The notes beneath the pieces are model-generated. The model was not told the origin of the DNA and made no database searches. It saw only the letters and a list, made by a program, of their open reading frames with translations. The translations under genes and the position numbers were made by a program. DNA of 64,000 nucleotides from Octopus sinensis (Eukaryota), in NCBI RefSeq assembly GCF_006345805.1, contig NC_043009.1, positions 55,056,001-55,120,000 of the forward strand. The letters run 5' to 3'. Positions 1 to 13,800 of this stretch are shown piece after piece; the stretch's first letter is position 1, and each line of letters begins with the position of its first letter.

Positions 1-999
1 ACCAGGCAGTTTACAAACGTCGTGAATATACCTGTTTCTACCTCGAAGCGTTATTGAGATGCCAACTGACCATCGACAACCAGTAAAGACCTCGTATCAC
101 CACAGCCATATTGTGAGACATGCGTAAAACAGTTTTCACTCCGCCACGGACACCACTTCCTTGGAAACATTCATCAATGTTTCCGCAAATAATCTCCGTT
201 ACAATCATAACATACGTATACCTGCCCCTGGGTGGGGGGCACAAATTTTCAACAAAAACTGCTTAGATGCTGTAGATTCAGAGTACATAAGGGTTTATGG
301 GAAAGAATTTTTCCGAGTGGGTAGGGAGATGAGTTTCGGAAAATTCACACGATTCATTTTTTTTTTCTTTCATAACTTTCAGGAAAATGGATATCTTTTA
401 ATCAAATTTTATTCAAATACCTTTCAAACAGCATAAATTATGATTATCAAGAAATTTGTGGGGGAATTTATCATTCCATAAAATGTGTTTAATAGAAAAA
501 TATTGAAAGAAAACAATACATGTGAGAGGTGAAAACGTGGGGGGGGGGTGCTAGGAACGACAGCCAAATCTCCCTTGAATTGTACACCTTTTCTTCTGAA
601 AATATTTACATTTTTTTTAATCGAAAAGCCTCCTCCCATGGTTAAAAAAAATTGGTGAAGAATTGGGATGAGGGAGGTGAAAAAAATTTCTTTTCTATTT
701 TTCATATAAAGATGCCTCCCCCACATTATTTCGAAGGCTGTTGTGAAATAAAAAAAAAATGGGGAAAATCCCCGTCAAAACGGAGTAGTTTCAACTTTTA
801 TGGTCTTCCTAATCCAAAAATCTGTTTCTCCAAAAATTTCTTTATAATGGTTAATCTATGCCGTTTGAAAGGTATTTGTATGAAATTTCATTAAAAGATA
901 CTCATTTTCCTGAAAGTTATGAGGGGGAAAAGGTCGGATTGTGTGAATTTTCCGAAACTCCTCTCCTTACCGCTCGGAAAAATTCTTCAGCGGTATTTG

Positions 1000-1700
1000 T
1001 TGGAATTTTCGTTAAGAAGTATCCATTTTTTTCTGGAAATTATGAGGCAACTAAGTCGGGGTGGGGTACACATCTGTAGTTATGTCCATGAGAGATCGGC
1101 TATATATTAATTTCCGAAAGAAGGCCTCTCATGTAGTTGTATTCAATTTGTCTGTCGAATATGTACGGAAGAAACGACGTCCAGTGCAAGACAAAATGGA
1201 TCACATGGAAACGGCATGCTACATTCACCCAATTAACAAATAAATCGTAGTTTACACGAACAACTACCGTTTTATGTCTATAGACATCGAACACCTTAGG
1301 GTAATACACACGTGTTGTGTAAGTAATACTGTATGAAGTAATAATCGAGCTTGTGATTAATTAAAACTAATTCAACTGACTCGATCCCTGTTTTATATAA
1401 TATACTTCATAAACAATAACAATTATACCGAATAATTTTGTAATGCACTTAATTTCGTCTAATGTACTATGCAATCCTGTATCGCTACTAATCTACCCAT
1501 TCATACAAGCTATGGAAACGCCATGGCGTATGAAATGAGTCAAATTTCAACCAAGCTAGTTAGAAAGATGGCTATCCAGCTTTTCGTGTCTGCAGCTGAC
1601 CACCCGCTACTGGAGAGATCTCGTGTCAAAGCAATCCAAGTGAGACAGCCATATTGGTAGTCATGTGCTAGACACGTGTCCTTATATATCTGTCCATCTA
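1000..1700. promoter_or_regulatory. CpG-richer region, possible NUP58 promoter / 5'UTR
   Basis: More CG dinucleotides than the flanks by eye, a +strand donor TGT|GTAAGT at 1319/1320, and the Kozak ATG at 1523. Confidence 0.35.
1523..1527 (+). CDS. NUP58: Probable first coding exon of NUP58 (ATG GC)
   Basis: GCC-ATG-G Kozak-type context followed by GC|GTATGA donor in a CpG-richer region. Phase 2 joins 11679 to give MATGFGG, resembling the vertebrate start MSTGFSFG. The intron would be about 10 kb and is unverified. Confidence 0.45.
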
Positions 1701-1802
1701 TCTCTTTGTTTATATTGAAATTAAAAAAAAATAGATATCTCCAACAATAATAGTATGGCACAAAATAATTTTGCCTGCTGGCGGGGTGACGTTTAAAATA
1801 CA

Positions 1803-1835
<33 letters not shown>

Positions 1836-4800
1836 AAAAATTTGGATTACATGTTTCAGAATAGGGAATATAATGAGGTGGCGGTGGGGGTGATCACTTT
1901 TCATTGATGACTGCCATGAGGTGGTAGAGAGATGGGGGTGGTTAAGAAAATCACGGATTAAAAAATTTGTTTCAGAAGAGGCTTCTCCTCATCACTTTGA
2001 AATGCGTGGTGCAAAAAAGCAATTTGAAAAAATCCCGTCGGAAACAGAAAACCTAACTTATATTCTTTTATTTGGTTAATGTTTCAGTCATTTGACTCTG
2101 ATCATACTGGAGCACCGCCTTTAGTCGGACAAATCAACCCCAGAACTTATTCTTTGTGAGCCTAGTACTTATTCCATCAGGCTCTTTTACCAAACCGCTA
2201 AGTTACGTGGATGTAAACACACCAGCATCGGTTGTCAAGTGATGTTGGGGTAACAAACACACACACACACACATGTATATATGTACACGGCAGGCTTCTT
2301 TCAGTTTCTATCTTCTAAATCCACTCATAAGGCTTTGGTCGGCCTGAGGCTATAGTAGAAGTCACTTGTCCAAGGTGCCATGCAGTGGGACTGAACCCGG
2401 AACCATGTGGTTGGTAAGCAAGTTATTTACCACATGGCCACTCCTGTGTAAACTATTCCAAAACTCTGAAATTGCATCTACACATATTTTTTCCCTTAGA
2501 ACTAAAGATTCTTTTCAACTGGTCATATTTATACATACAGGGAGTAGGGGACTGTCTGTTTGCTGTTATTTTTCAATCTGATGTGCCTCTTTTCTGAAAA
2601 ACTCTTTAACATAAATTTCACCACTCATGTGAATAGAAATTTAAAATCTGCAATCTTTTGCTTCAATGTTGGTACGCATATCATCATCATTTAAAAACCG
2701 TTTTCCATGTTGGCAGATATGACTCCATTGTCTATTCTGGCATGGTTTCTGCTGGATGCCCTTCCTAGCACCAACCACTTTACAGAGTGTACTGGGTGCT
2801 TTTTACATGGCAAGGGCACCAGTATCAATTCTGCTGTGGTGGAGAGCTCTTCCTGAGTACAGCGAGGTGCCAGATGTCTCGTATAAAACAGGAATAGGGA
2901 TTCAAAGAATCAGAGCTCATTGTAAGCTTCCCACCTGATTCATGGCTATCGAGAAAATCAGTACTCAAGGATAGGATATTACCTCACCGTCATTCTGAAA
3001 ATCTAGGAATTACAATGGTAGAGAGTATATATGGCATACCTACACAAATTGTGTTGTCCTATGACTTTGTTTCTTCATAGCTTCCAGAAAAATCGATATT
3101 TTCTAGTGAAATAACTTTCTAGTATAGCTTCCAATTATATCAGAATGTTTAAAATGCGCACACATTCATACTAAATCTCAAACAGCCACACCTGCATATG
3201 CATATGCATATATATATATAGTGGAAGTTGAAAATGCTAGCAATCAGCAGTAGGTTCAGAGATGTATTGATTGAGGCATATAACAAGATAGAAAAGATAG
3301 CGAATTATTAGATACAGGACAGCTGCCAGTTATTCCCTGGTCTAAAATCTGTCAGAAAGAGAGCAACATGGTAGTGAAATACTTCCATAGAGCCATATCA
3401 GCTAAAAACCAGTTTCGAAAATATCTCTAAGAAAGAGGGCAGCAAAGAGTAGTATCAAGTTGGAGGAAGAAAAGCTAGATATCAGTTATTCTTAAAAGGG
3501 AAGAAGCCTAAAATCAGAATTTTGCCAGTTTTGTAAGATGTGAGGATCAGAGGCATGAGCTATTCCTAATAGAAAGAAAATTGAAATGACAATGAGGAGA
3601 AATACGAACTGAATGTTTATGATACTCATGCTCTCACAGACATTGAAAAAGGGGTGAGACAGAGAAGAGCAGCTAACAGGTTTTTGAATGAAAAGAATTC
3701 GTGGGAGGAAAGAGGGTCTACCTCAGGTACACCCAACAGATAGCCCATCCATTCAAATTCACAACAGTATGGTTGATAAGCAATTACCATTATCCCTTTT
3801 ATATTTCTTTGCCTTCCCCTTTCCTGAGCCTCTTCATATTGACTTTCACTATTCACTCTTACCATTTAGTCAGCTCAATAACTACCCATCACTCACTCCT
3901 TCAACCACCATCTCATCCCACTAAAGTATGTGGTGTTAGGAAGGGCACTTAGCCAAAGGAAATAGTAAAATGATGGTATGTAAGAGCAATAAGTTTGAGT
4001 AAGAACTGACTTGTGTAACCCATACCAACTTAAAAAGTGAATGTAAAATCATCATCATCATCATCGTTTAATGTCCGCTTTCCATGCTAACATGGGTTGG
4101 ACGGTTCAACTGGGGTCTGGGGAGCCAGTAGGCTGCGCTAGGCCCAGTCTGATCTAGCAATGTTTCTACGTCTGGATGCCCTTCCTAATGCCAACCACTC
4201 CGTGTGTGTAGTGGGTGCTTTTTACGTGCCACCTGCACAGGTGCCAGACGAGGCTGGCAAACGGCCATGATCGGATGGTGCTTTTTACGTGCCACCGGCA
4301 CGGGGGCCAGACGAGGCTAGCAACGGCCACAATCGGATGGTGCTTTTTACATGCCAACGGGACGGATGATAATATATAACTATGTATGTATACAAAGCTG
4401 TAGAGTTATACTTAAAATCTTCAACTCCGTTTCACTGACTCACCTCTAATTCTTAATCATATATTTATATTGATTGAAATCATGCATGGCCAGTGTGACT
4501 CATCAGGATATCTGTTAGCACTGTAGCCTGTGAAAGTTTGGGTTTGAAGGCTAAAGCTATGCCACTGAGGCTTTTTTTATATTATGAAAGAAGTTAGAAG
4601 CAATTAAGCATAAGACAAAACTTAGAAGGTTGTAAGGTAGAAACACATAACGGTATAAAACCTATAAAAATACTCTACAAACAGATATCCAAAAATCTGT
4701 TTACTATTGTTGATGACATCCCACCTGAGACCACTCTTGTTTCTATGGTATAAACTTCCAGTTTTAAAGTGATCTAAATTAAAAACTGCCATCAAAATTC

Positions 4801-7800
4801 CATGTTCTGAACACCAGCTTGATAATCACATAGCTTTTTTATTAAGTTCATCATTGTTTTAAAATTAATTGAAACAAAGGCAAGAGTATTTTAACAGACA
4901 TATGATAACAAAAGAGTTAAAATTATACAGTTGAGCACCTAAAGCAATTTAGAAAATGTGACCACCTCCTTTGCACATGTAGCAGTTGACAGTTGTACTG
5001 CTATACCTATCTCTCGATATGACACATGACACCTTCCTATATTGCCTGGTTGACTAGCTTAACCCTTTAGCATTTAAACCAGCCATATCCGGCCAAAAGT
5101 ATTCTGCCTGTTTTATGTTCAAACTGGCCAGATCTGGTCTCTCACACCAACCCTACAATATCGTTTTAAGAATTAACAGCTACCTCGTCAAAATCTCATA
5201 GCTACAAGATAATGCATGATTAGTTCAAAACAATGTAGATGAAGAAGCATTAATTTTGTCAGAATAATGTGAACACTAAAGGGTTAAACCATACTTCACC
5301 AGATATTTTCAGCATCCCAGCAAATATGTCTGATGGATCTGCTGCCTTCATATATCATTTATGACATTTAACTACATATTGTATATAATCGTGTGTGTAA
5401 ATACAGAGATAGCAAGCTGATAGAATTGTTAGCAACTTGGACAAAAGGCTTTGTGGCATCCCTTCTGGTTCTTTGTGTTCTGAGTTTGAACCCCATTGAA
5501 GTCAACTCTGCCTTTTATCCCTTCAGTGTTGATAAAGTATCAAATACTGAACTCAATGTAACCCATTTGTTCTCTCCCCTAAAATTGCTAAGTTTTGAAC
5601 CCTGCAATGGACTGGTGTACCATTTGGAGGGAATATTGTGATATTATTTTACTTGGTTGCAGTCAAATGACAGAAACCTGCTTGAACCCCACCTTGAGGG
5701 GTTTTAGTCAAACAAATCAACCCCAGGACTTTGTAAGCCTAGTACTTATTCTATGTCACTTTTGTCAAACCACTAAATTACAGATATGTAAAAACACCAA
5801 CACTGGTTGTCAAGCAGTGATGGGTGGTGGGGGACAAACATAGACAAAAAGGCATGCACATACACACACATATGCATGACAGGCTTCTTTCAGTTTCCCT
5901 CTACCAAATCCACTCACAAGGCTTCGGTTAGCTGGAGGCTATGGTGGAAGACACTTGCGCAATGCATCACAGAATGGGACTGAACCTGGAACAATGTGGT
6001 TGGAAGGCAAGCTTCTTACCGCACAACAGCACCTGTCAAACATTAACTGATTGCTTTAACCCTTTTGATATCAGTCTGCCTGAGACCACCCCTGGTTCAA
6101 TGATATAAACTCTCAGGTTTAAAGTCGTCTTCTTCTTAGGCCTCTTGATTCCTCAGGGAAGATAGGACTGCCAGGTTTAAAGTGATATAAATTAAAATCT
6201 CCTATCAAAATCTCATCAATTTTTCTTCTAATCACCAGCTTAATAATGAAAATGTTAAATTCTACATTAATTCTTCATTGTTTACAAAACTAATTGAAAC
6301 AAAGGCAGCCGATTTTAATTGAAATATGTTAACAAAAGGATTAAATTTTAATTATGATATTGTGAATGGTTGTTTGTTCAGTCAATCAGTTTGTTAGCAT
6401 GTTAACATTTTGTACACATTTTTCTTGTCATTTTTAGTCTTAAATTTTTTTAATTAATTCAAACACTATAAAACTCCTGCTTATTCCTTTGCTCTTTAGG
6501 GCTTGACAAAAAAGCTATTAGGATTTTTTAGCCTCAAGATTCAAAATTCAATCCTACTTGAGTAAGTGTCTTCCCCTATTGCCCTGGTCTGACCGAAGCT
6601 GTGTGAATGGATTTGATTTCACTTCCATCGAAAATATGTCTGTCCGCAAGGAAGTATTATTTTGCATGGAAGCAAGTGAGGGTTGGTGACACAAAGGGTT
6701 ATAAAGAATTAACAACTTGCTTCAAGTGCACCAAATACAGGCAGCAAATCCACTTGAGTGATAAACCCAAAAGAAACAGCAGAGAAATATTGGGTACTTT
6801 ATCTCTCTCTCTCTCTCTTTCTCTCTGCTCTTATATATCTATCTACATATATATATATATATATAGATGATAGAGAGAGAAATATTTAAGTATTTATTGT
6901 TTGTAGATAATTTATTTATTCACATCATTGTTTGGCACCCATGCCAACCTCTCTTCATTGGACACTAAACTCTGCTTGTGAAGACCTGTTGGGGCAAGTG
7001 AAATCGGACTCCTGTGCAGGTGGCAAGTAAAAAAACAGTTTCGACCCTGTACTTGAGGAGACCTATTGAGTCAAGTACATCAACATCAAAAATCAATGGA
7101 AATTGTAGTTGTAATCCCTGTGCCGGTGGCACGTAAAAAGCACCATCCGAATGTGGCCAATGCCAGCGCCGCCTTGACTGGCTTCCGTGCCTGTGGCACG
7201 TAAAAAGCACCAACTGATTGTGGCCGTTGCCAGCCTCGCCTGGCACCTGTGTCAGTGGCACGTAAAAAGCTCCCGCTACACTCACGGAGTGGTTGGCGTT
7301 AGGAGGGGCATCCAGCTGTAGAAACACTGCCAGATCAGACTGGAGTCTGGTGCAGCCTTCTGGCTTCCCAGATCCCGGTCGAACCATCCAACCCATGCTA
7401 GCATGGAAAACGGACGTTAAACGATGATGATGATTGATTATACCTAGATTGTTGTGAGTAGATTTAGTACCAATGGCAAAAAGTACTTTGTCGTGACAGA
7501 GACATGAGAGAGAAAATTCAAGCTGAGACCAGTAAAAAAAAAATTATTGCATGATTGGAGTGGTTACAGTAGTACCAGTTCTGGTGTTGGGGATGTTTAG
7601 ATAATGGAAGTAAAAAAAGTACACTGCTGTGTGGACTAAAAGGATCCAAATATTCTCTGTTAACATCATTACAGCAGCATAGCACTACTGGAGGGAGCAA
7701 TACTGTTAGATGGTACTAAAGTTGTGTTATCTGTTGACAGCTGATGAAGTTAATGTCTTGCAATGTAAACTATATGTAAATTATGTGTAATATTGTATGT

Positions 7801-10800
7801 AATTATAAGATAGGTTAGCAGAATTGTTAACACATTGAGTAAAATACTTGGCAGTATTTCATCCATCCTTATGTTCTAAGTTCAAATTCCACCAAGATCA
7901 ACTTTGCCTTTCAATCTTTCAGGGTTGATGAAACAAGTAACAGTTGAGCACTGGGGTCAGTGTAATTGACTTGGCTCTTCTCTTGAAATTGCTGGCCTTG
8001 TGCCAAAATCTATAATAATAAATGCCAAAAACGAATTTCTGTGTGTCAGTGTGTCACACTTTGACTCCCTTTCTCACTATTCAGTGACACTTCTTCTACT
8101 CCTCTTGCTGGGGTAAGAGTAATAGTAGGCATAGAGAAGGTGAGGGCAGTAGTAGATTGACAGTTGAGATGGTAATGGAGCAACCAGGAATCAAAAGCAG
8201 ACGTTTTAGTCATAGAAATTGGATTGACTTATCTAAAGTATCTTGAGTGTTAATTTTTTGTTTTATTGAGTAAATTTCTCTGGATCTTTTGTCTTTGATT
8301 TTCTTGTATAATGGTAATTAATATCACCAGCAGTGAGTTAGAATTTGATTTTTTCCAAACTCACTCTCGTCATTTAATGTTAATAACTGGGTGATGTGAA
8401 TGGTTTAATCAATCCTAAATAGTATGTGATTTATCTTTTGATAATATTCTAATTATACTTGAAGCAAATGAGCTTTATACCACTTTGTATTTCAAACTTC
8501 TAAGCCCTATATTGAACATCATTTAATGTCCACCTTGCATGCTAGCATGGATGGGACGGTTTCACAAGAGCCAGCCAGGCAGAAGCCTGCACCAGACTTC
8601 TTTGACTGTTTTAGCAGGATTTTTACAGCTGGTTGCCCTTCTTAACACCAACCACTCATCAGTGTGGACTTAGTGCTTTTTGTGTGGCACAAGCACAGGT
8701 GAGGTCAGTTTTGGCAAGGTTTTTACAGCTGGATGCCCTTCTGAACACCAACCACATTACAGTGTGAACTGGATGCTTTAAAGTGGCACCTACACTGACA
8801 GGGTCACCAAGTACTTGCAAGACAAAGAAAAAAACTTAAGAGGGGTGAGGGCATTGGAGGAGGTGATCTTGTGTTGGATAATGAAAGGTTATAGTGAGAC
8901 AGAGAGACAGAAACAGGTGTGCCACTGCATGACTGGGATCAGAATATAAATGGGATGGTTGAGTAAAGGAAGAGAGAGATATAGATGGTAGCAAGTACCA
9001 GGGCATACCTTTGAGGTTTGAACACCATAATATAAGTGGCAGGATATTGCTAAGGCAATGTGATTAAATAGTGCGGAGCGGGGTGAGTGGCAAAAACTTG
9101 GGTATATATAGTTGGTTGTGGGGGGCTACCAGATAGCAATGATACAGAGGAACAGGGCTGTGTGGACAGGATTAAGGAGTGAGAGCTAGGCATAGTGTAT
9201 GACGGAGGAAATGTGAGGAAGAGAAGAGATGTGGAAATGTAGATTTGTTTGTTGGGGTAGGTGAGCAAAAATGTTTTCTTGTTACGTATTACCCCCGTAT
9301 TTTGCGCCCAGACTGACACCCTCTGAAATTCTCTGTAGATACTGAAAAGTAAATAATTATATGCACAAGTGTTAACACACTGCTTGTTAAACAACTATTT
9401 CATTTGGGTTCCATATCAGCTTTTCCTTCAAATCATATTTCGGTAAGTAATATCCATTAACGTAGATTTAATGGAAATTAGGAGAGTGATATTTTATTAA
9501 TTCACTGGTATTTACATTTTGAATAGGAAGGAGATACAAAGTTGACTCTCTCCTGCACCCACTCGGGAGTAGTTAATCCCACTAGAGATTTCAGAACATT
9601 TTAATTTGGAGCGTTGCTATTCCTTACAACACTCTGCCATTTGTTTTAATGTTAACAGGAAAGTCTCTAGAATTTCTGTGTATGTTTTGTGTTTTAATAT
9701 TTGTAATATGTATTTCTGTGTTTATATCAACATCATTGTGATGTTTTTAACATTTACTTTTTCCATATTGGCATGGGTTAAAATGAATTAGCATGTATCC
9801 TATCAAAATCATCATCATCATTTAATGTCTGTTCTTCATACTGTCATGGATTGGACAGTTTGACAGGAGCTGGTGAGCTGGAGAACTGCTCGAGCTACCT
9901 TTGTCTATTTTGGCCTGGTATCTATGGCTGGATACCCTGACTAATGCTAACCACTTTACAGAGTGCACTGGGTGCTTCAAACGTTGCACTGACATGTGTG
10001 TGTTTATAATGTAAAGTTCTATGGTTGGTAAATTTTAACACCTGCTGCAAAATGATGCCCATCATTGCTAGTCATGTTTATGAGAATTATCAAGCATATA
10101 TATATGTGTGTATACTTAATGAAACATGGGTTTGGAATCACTAGGCTAGTCTTCTCTACAGTATCATAAAATTATTTGGTATGAAAATAAATATTAAAAA
10201 CCGAATTAACTACTTCTTAGTAGTTAACTGATGTTAAATACTATAAATGCCAAACTTGAGACAGGAAACATAAACAGATGTTAGCATGTTTGAAATTAGG
10301 GCTTTTAATATCAAATACTTCATCAGACTTGCATCAAAGGTGTGCTGTCACAGTGTATATTTTCATGTGTGTGTGTGTGTTCACCAAGAGTATTCTTGAT
10401 GACATTGTAAATGAAAGATTTATTATTCCAAAACTCTTAGTTATATATTTCTGATCATTCAGCTGGTAATCTAACCCCTTTATATTTTGAAATATATGCA
10501 AACTTTGAAGAAAATGAAATGCTTATCTTCTTTATGTTCTTCTTTAAAACATTTTGCAGTGGCAAATGCTATATATATATTACTTTAAAGTAATTTGGAG
10601 TGGGCAGGTTGTAAATGTAAACCCTAAAAACAATAAAGTCTGGTATAGGATTGTAATTTTGACCTGTGTCTTGCTCAGCTTTATTTTATTTTTTTTTTTT
10701 TTCAGAACTACGCATGTTCTCTTAGACTGTAAATGTATCTATAGCTGTTGGAAATTTATCGTCCTATTGTCAATGTCACATGTTCTCTCTTGGCATTATT

Positions 10801-10837
10801 CTAAGTATTGCTAAATATTTGTATATAGAATTCATGC

Positions 10838-10869
<32 letters not shown>

Positions 10870-13800
10870 ATATATATTAGGGCATTAGCTGTCATTTGAT
10901 GAGCAGTTCTGGGAGTATACTTTTGCTATTATGGACAGTATCAGGAAATATGGCATACACACAATCATTTTGATTTAACTTTTATCAAATTTCTTGGTGC
11001 TTGTACAAAATGATGACTGAATACTGATATTGAAAAGAAAATATTTATTGCCTTCAGATTAAATACAATAAGTTTCTTGTGCGCATATTTGCAATAAATA
11101 TATGCAATTACATAGCATGGTTGGTGTTAGGAAGGGCATCCAACCTCTGAAACCATACCAGAACAGACAATGGAGCCCGATGCAGCCTCTAACCATACCA
11201 GCTCTGGTCAACCCATCCAACCAATGCCTGCATGGAAAATGGGCTTTAAATAATGATGATTCTAAATTTAATTGACATAATCAAATCTACTGCATCAAAA
11301 ACCTATTTCTGCAAAATTTCATTTAAAAAAGGAAAAAAAAACTATATTTCAGAAAGTCCTAAGGCACTTATCCTGCACCTCTTCTATTAATTCTCTCTGT
11401 GTTTCTCATTTTACTCTCTCTTTCTTCTATATATATATATATATATATATATAATGTGAAGCATGACTAAAGAAATCAACTAACCAATATTTATATCAAC
11501 TATTATTAATGATTTTTCTACATATAAGTAATGCTAAACGTTATATTTTTACTTAGAATTAATGCATATATGTTATATCTAAATAAAAATTTTAAGCTAA
11601 ATAGCTTCTGTTAAGTAATTTTTATTTTGTTTTCCTTGTACAACTTTATAAATGAAATTTTTTTTTTATATTTTCCAGCACAGGATTCGGTGGTGCTACC
11701 CAAGGAACTACAAGTAATTAAAATTTTATTATTTCTATTTTACTACACCACATCAAAATTTTGATTAAAAGTTACATGAGTTTGGCTGTGGCAGACGAGT
11801 AATGCCATAGCATTTTCATATACCTTCCACACTAATGAGAGGAAGTTATTCTCAGACCTGGAACCTGATCTGAGTATTTGCTACAGAGTGGGCTTCACTA
11901 AAGGCACCAAAGAGTTTTAGAAATTGCAACCAAATCTGCCTCAAATCACACTCTGCTACCTTAAAAAAGGGAAGAACACATAAGATAATGTAGTCTTAGC
12001 CGTCACTAAAATGGTAGGGGTTGCCAATACTGGAATGCCTTTGATCACAGGACATCTCGATCATGGTTTACCTAGGGCTAAACAACAAACTAACAATCTT
12101 CCATCTGCTGTAAATAATACACTGTTAGTACTAAAGCTCATGGAATATGTCCTAGATGCTGGCAAAGTTGTATAGTTAAAAAGTTTGTTTTGAAATTGTA
12201 TAATTCCAGGTTTAAACCCACTGCATGGCACTTTGTATAAGTGTCTTCTAATATAGCTTTAGATTGACTGAAGGCTTGTCAGTGACATTGAGTCAACAGA
12301 GACTGTGCAGATGTCTTACAGACAGGCTGCAGCTGTTCTTGTGTAGAAGACTTAATCCATTATTCTGTTTAAAAGCACCATCTGGCCAAGTCCTGAGTGT
12401 GAGATAACTTTCACTCTTCTTCTTATCCTAAAGAGACACGAGAAAAAGTTCATGAGAATTGCTTTCCTTCACTGGCAGAGTCATTTAGAAAAATTAACAG
12501 ATTACTTGGTCTCAAAGGATACATTCATTAGATAACATAGTCCTTGATACACTATACCTGTAATGTAAGCAGTAAGATGATCATAGCTGAAATATTTTTC
12601 CCCTATTTATTTTGAGACGTACTCATCATAAGAAACTGAGACTTTTAATACAAGGAAGCATTTTTAAATCTGAAGGCAAAATATTGTTCAAAACCTGAAG
12701 TATTTCTTTTCTTTTTTTTTTGTAGGTGGGTTTTCCTTTGGAGGTTCTGGCAATGCTGCACCTGCAACTGGTGGTTTCTCTTTTGGCGGTGCTCCCAAAA
12801 CGACAACAGCTGCTACTGGTGGTTTCTCTTTTGGCAATGCTGCCAAAACAACTGCTGCCACTGGTGGATTTTCCTTTGGTTCTTCCACACCAGCTTCGAG
12901 TGGATTTGGTGCTACTCCTAATACAGGGTTTTCTTTTGGTGCATCACCAGCCACTACTACCGCAGTCCCAAACCAGGGAGCAACAGCAACAGGTTTTTCC
13001 ATGGGTGGACAAACGGCAACTCCGGCTCCAGCTATGGGAGGGTTTTCTTTCAACACGCCAACTTCTAACCCAGCACCAACAGGATTTTCCTTAGGCTCCA
13101 CTGGTACAACTGGTTTTGGAGCAACCGGTGGCGGAGGTTTTAGTTTTGGAACTCCTGCAGCAGCTACAACAGCAGCAGCAGCTACAAGTGGGACAACTGC
13201 AAATACTGGGTTCAATTTCGGTAATCCAGCTTCTACTGGAGGGTTTGGTAACCCGGCGTCTACCGGTGGGTTTGGGTCATTTGCTGGAACACCAGCAGCA
13301 GCAGCGCCACCACCAACAGCAACAACAACTGCTAGTAATTGGCTTCTTGGTGCAAAACCACAGAGCACTGTAGCTCCAACTACTAATACACTAGGATCTG
13401 GTACAACTGGAAGCTTCTTTGGGCAACAGCCAACTACTAGTGGCCTTGGAGGTTTTGGAACTACGACGACAACATCATCGTCATTATTTGGAAGTTTTTC
13501 TTTTGGTAAAACAACAGCTGCAACAGGTTTGTCCAGATTTATTTGTATTTAGCCTTTCTCTTAATTTTCAATTTAGAATGTGTACAAAAAAAAATCAGCA
13601 TTTTTTTTCCCTACTTCCTCTTTTGTGTGTGTGTGAGAGAAAGAAATTGATATGCATGATATTAGATGATAGAAATTTTAATATTTGCATTCTACAATTC
13701 ATTACTTATAATTTCTGTGAAGGATATCAATAACGAGGTGCTGGTTTGGCTATATGGCAAGAAGTTTGTTTCTTAACCACATGATTAGCACCTTGGGCAA

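Noticed and set aside
240-1060. Homopolymer-rich stretch loosely resembling 1790-2060
   Set aside because: The similarity is too weak to call by eye; it may be low-quality consensus and needs an alignment
9289-9336. Minus-strand 48-nt segment with good splice sites ([16 protein letters not shown])
   Set aside because: Open in all frames, short, with no homology or partner exon; expected by chance
12688-13368. 226-aa minus-strand ORF and shifted + frame ORFs over the FG exon
   Set aside because: Shadow ORFs of a low-complexity G/T/A/P-rich coding exon; no independent splice or homology support
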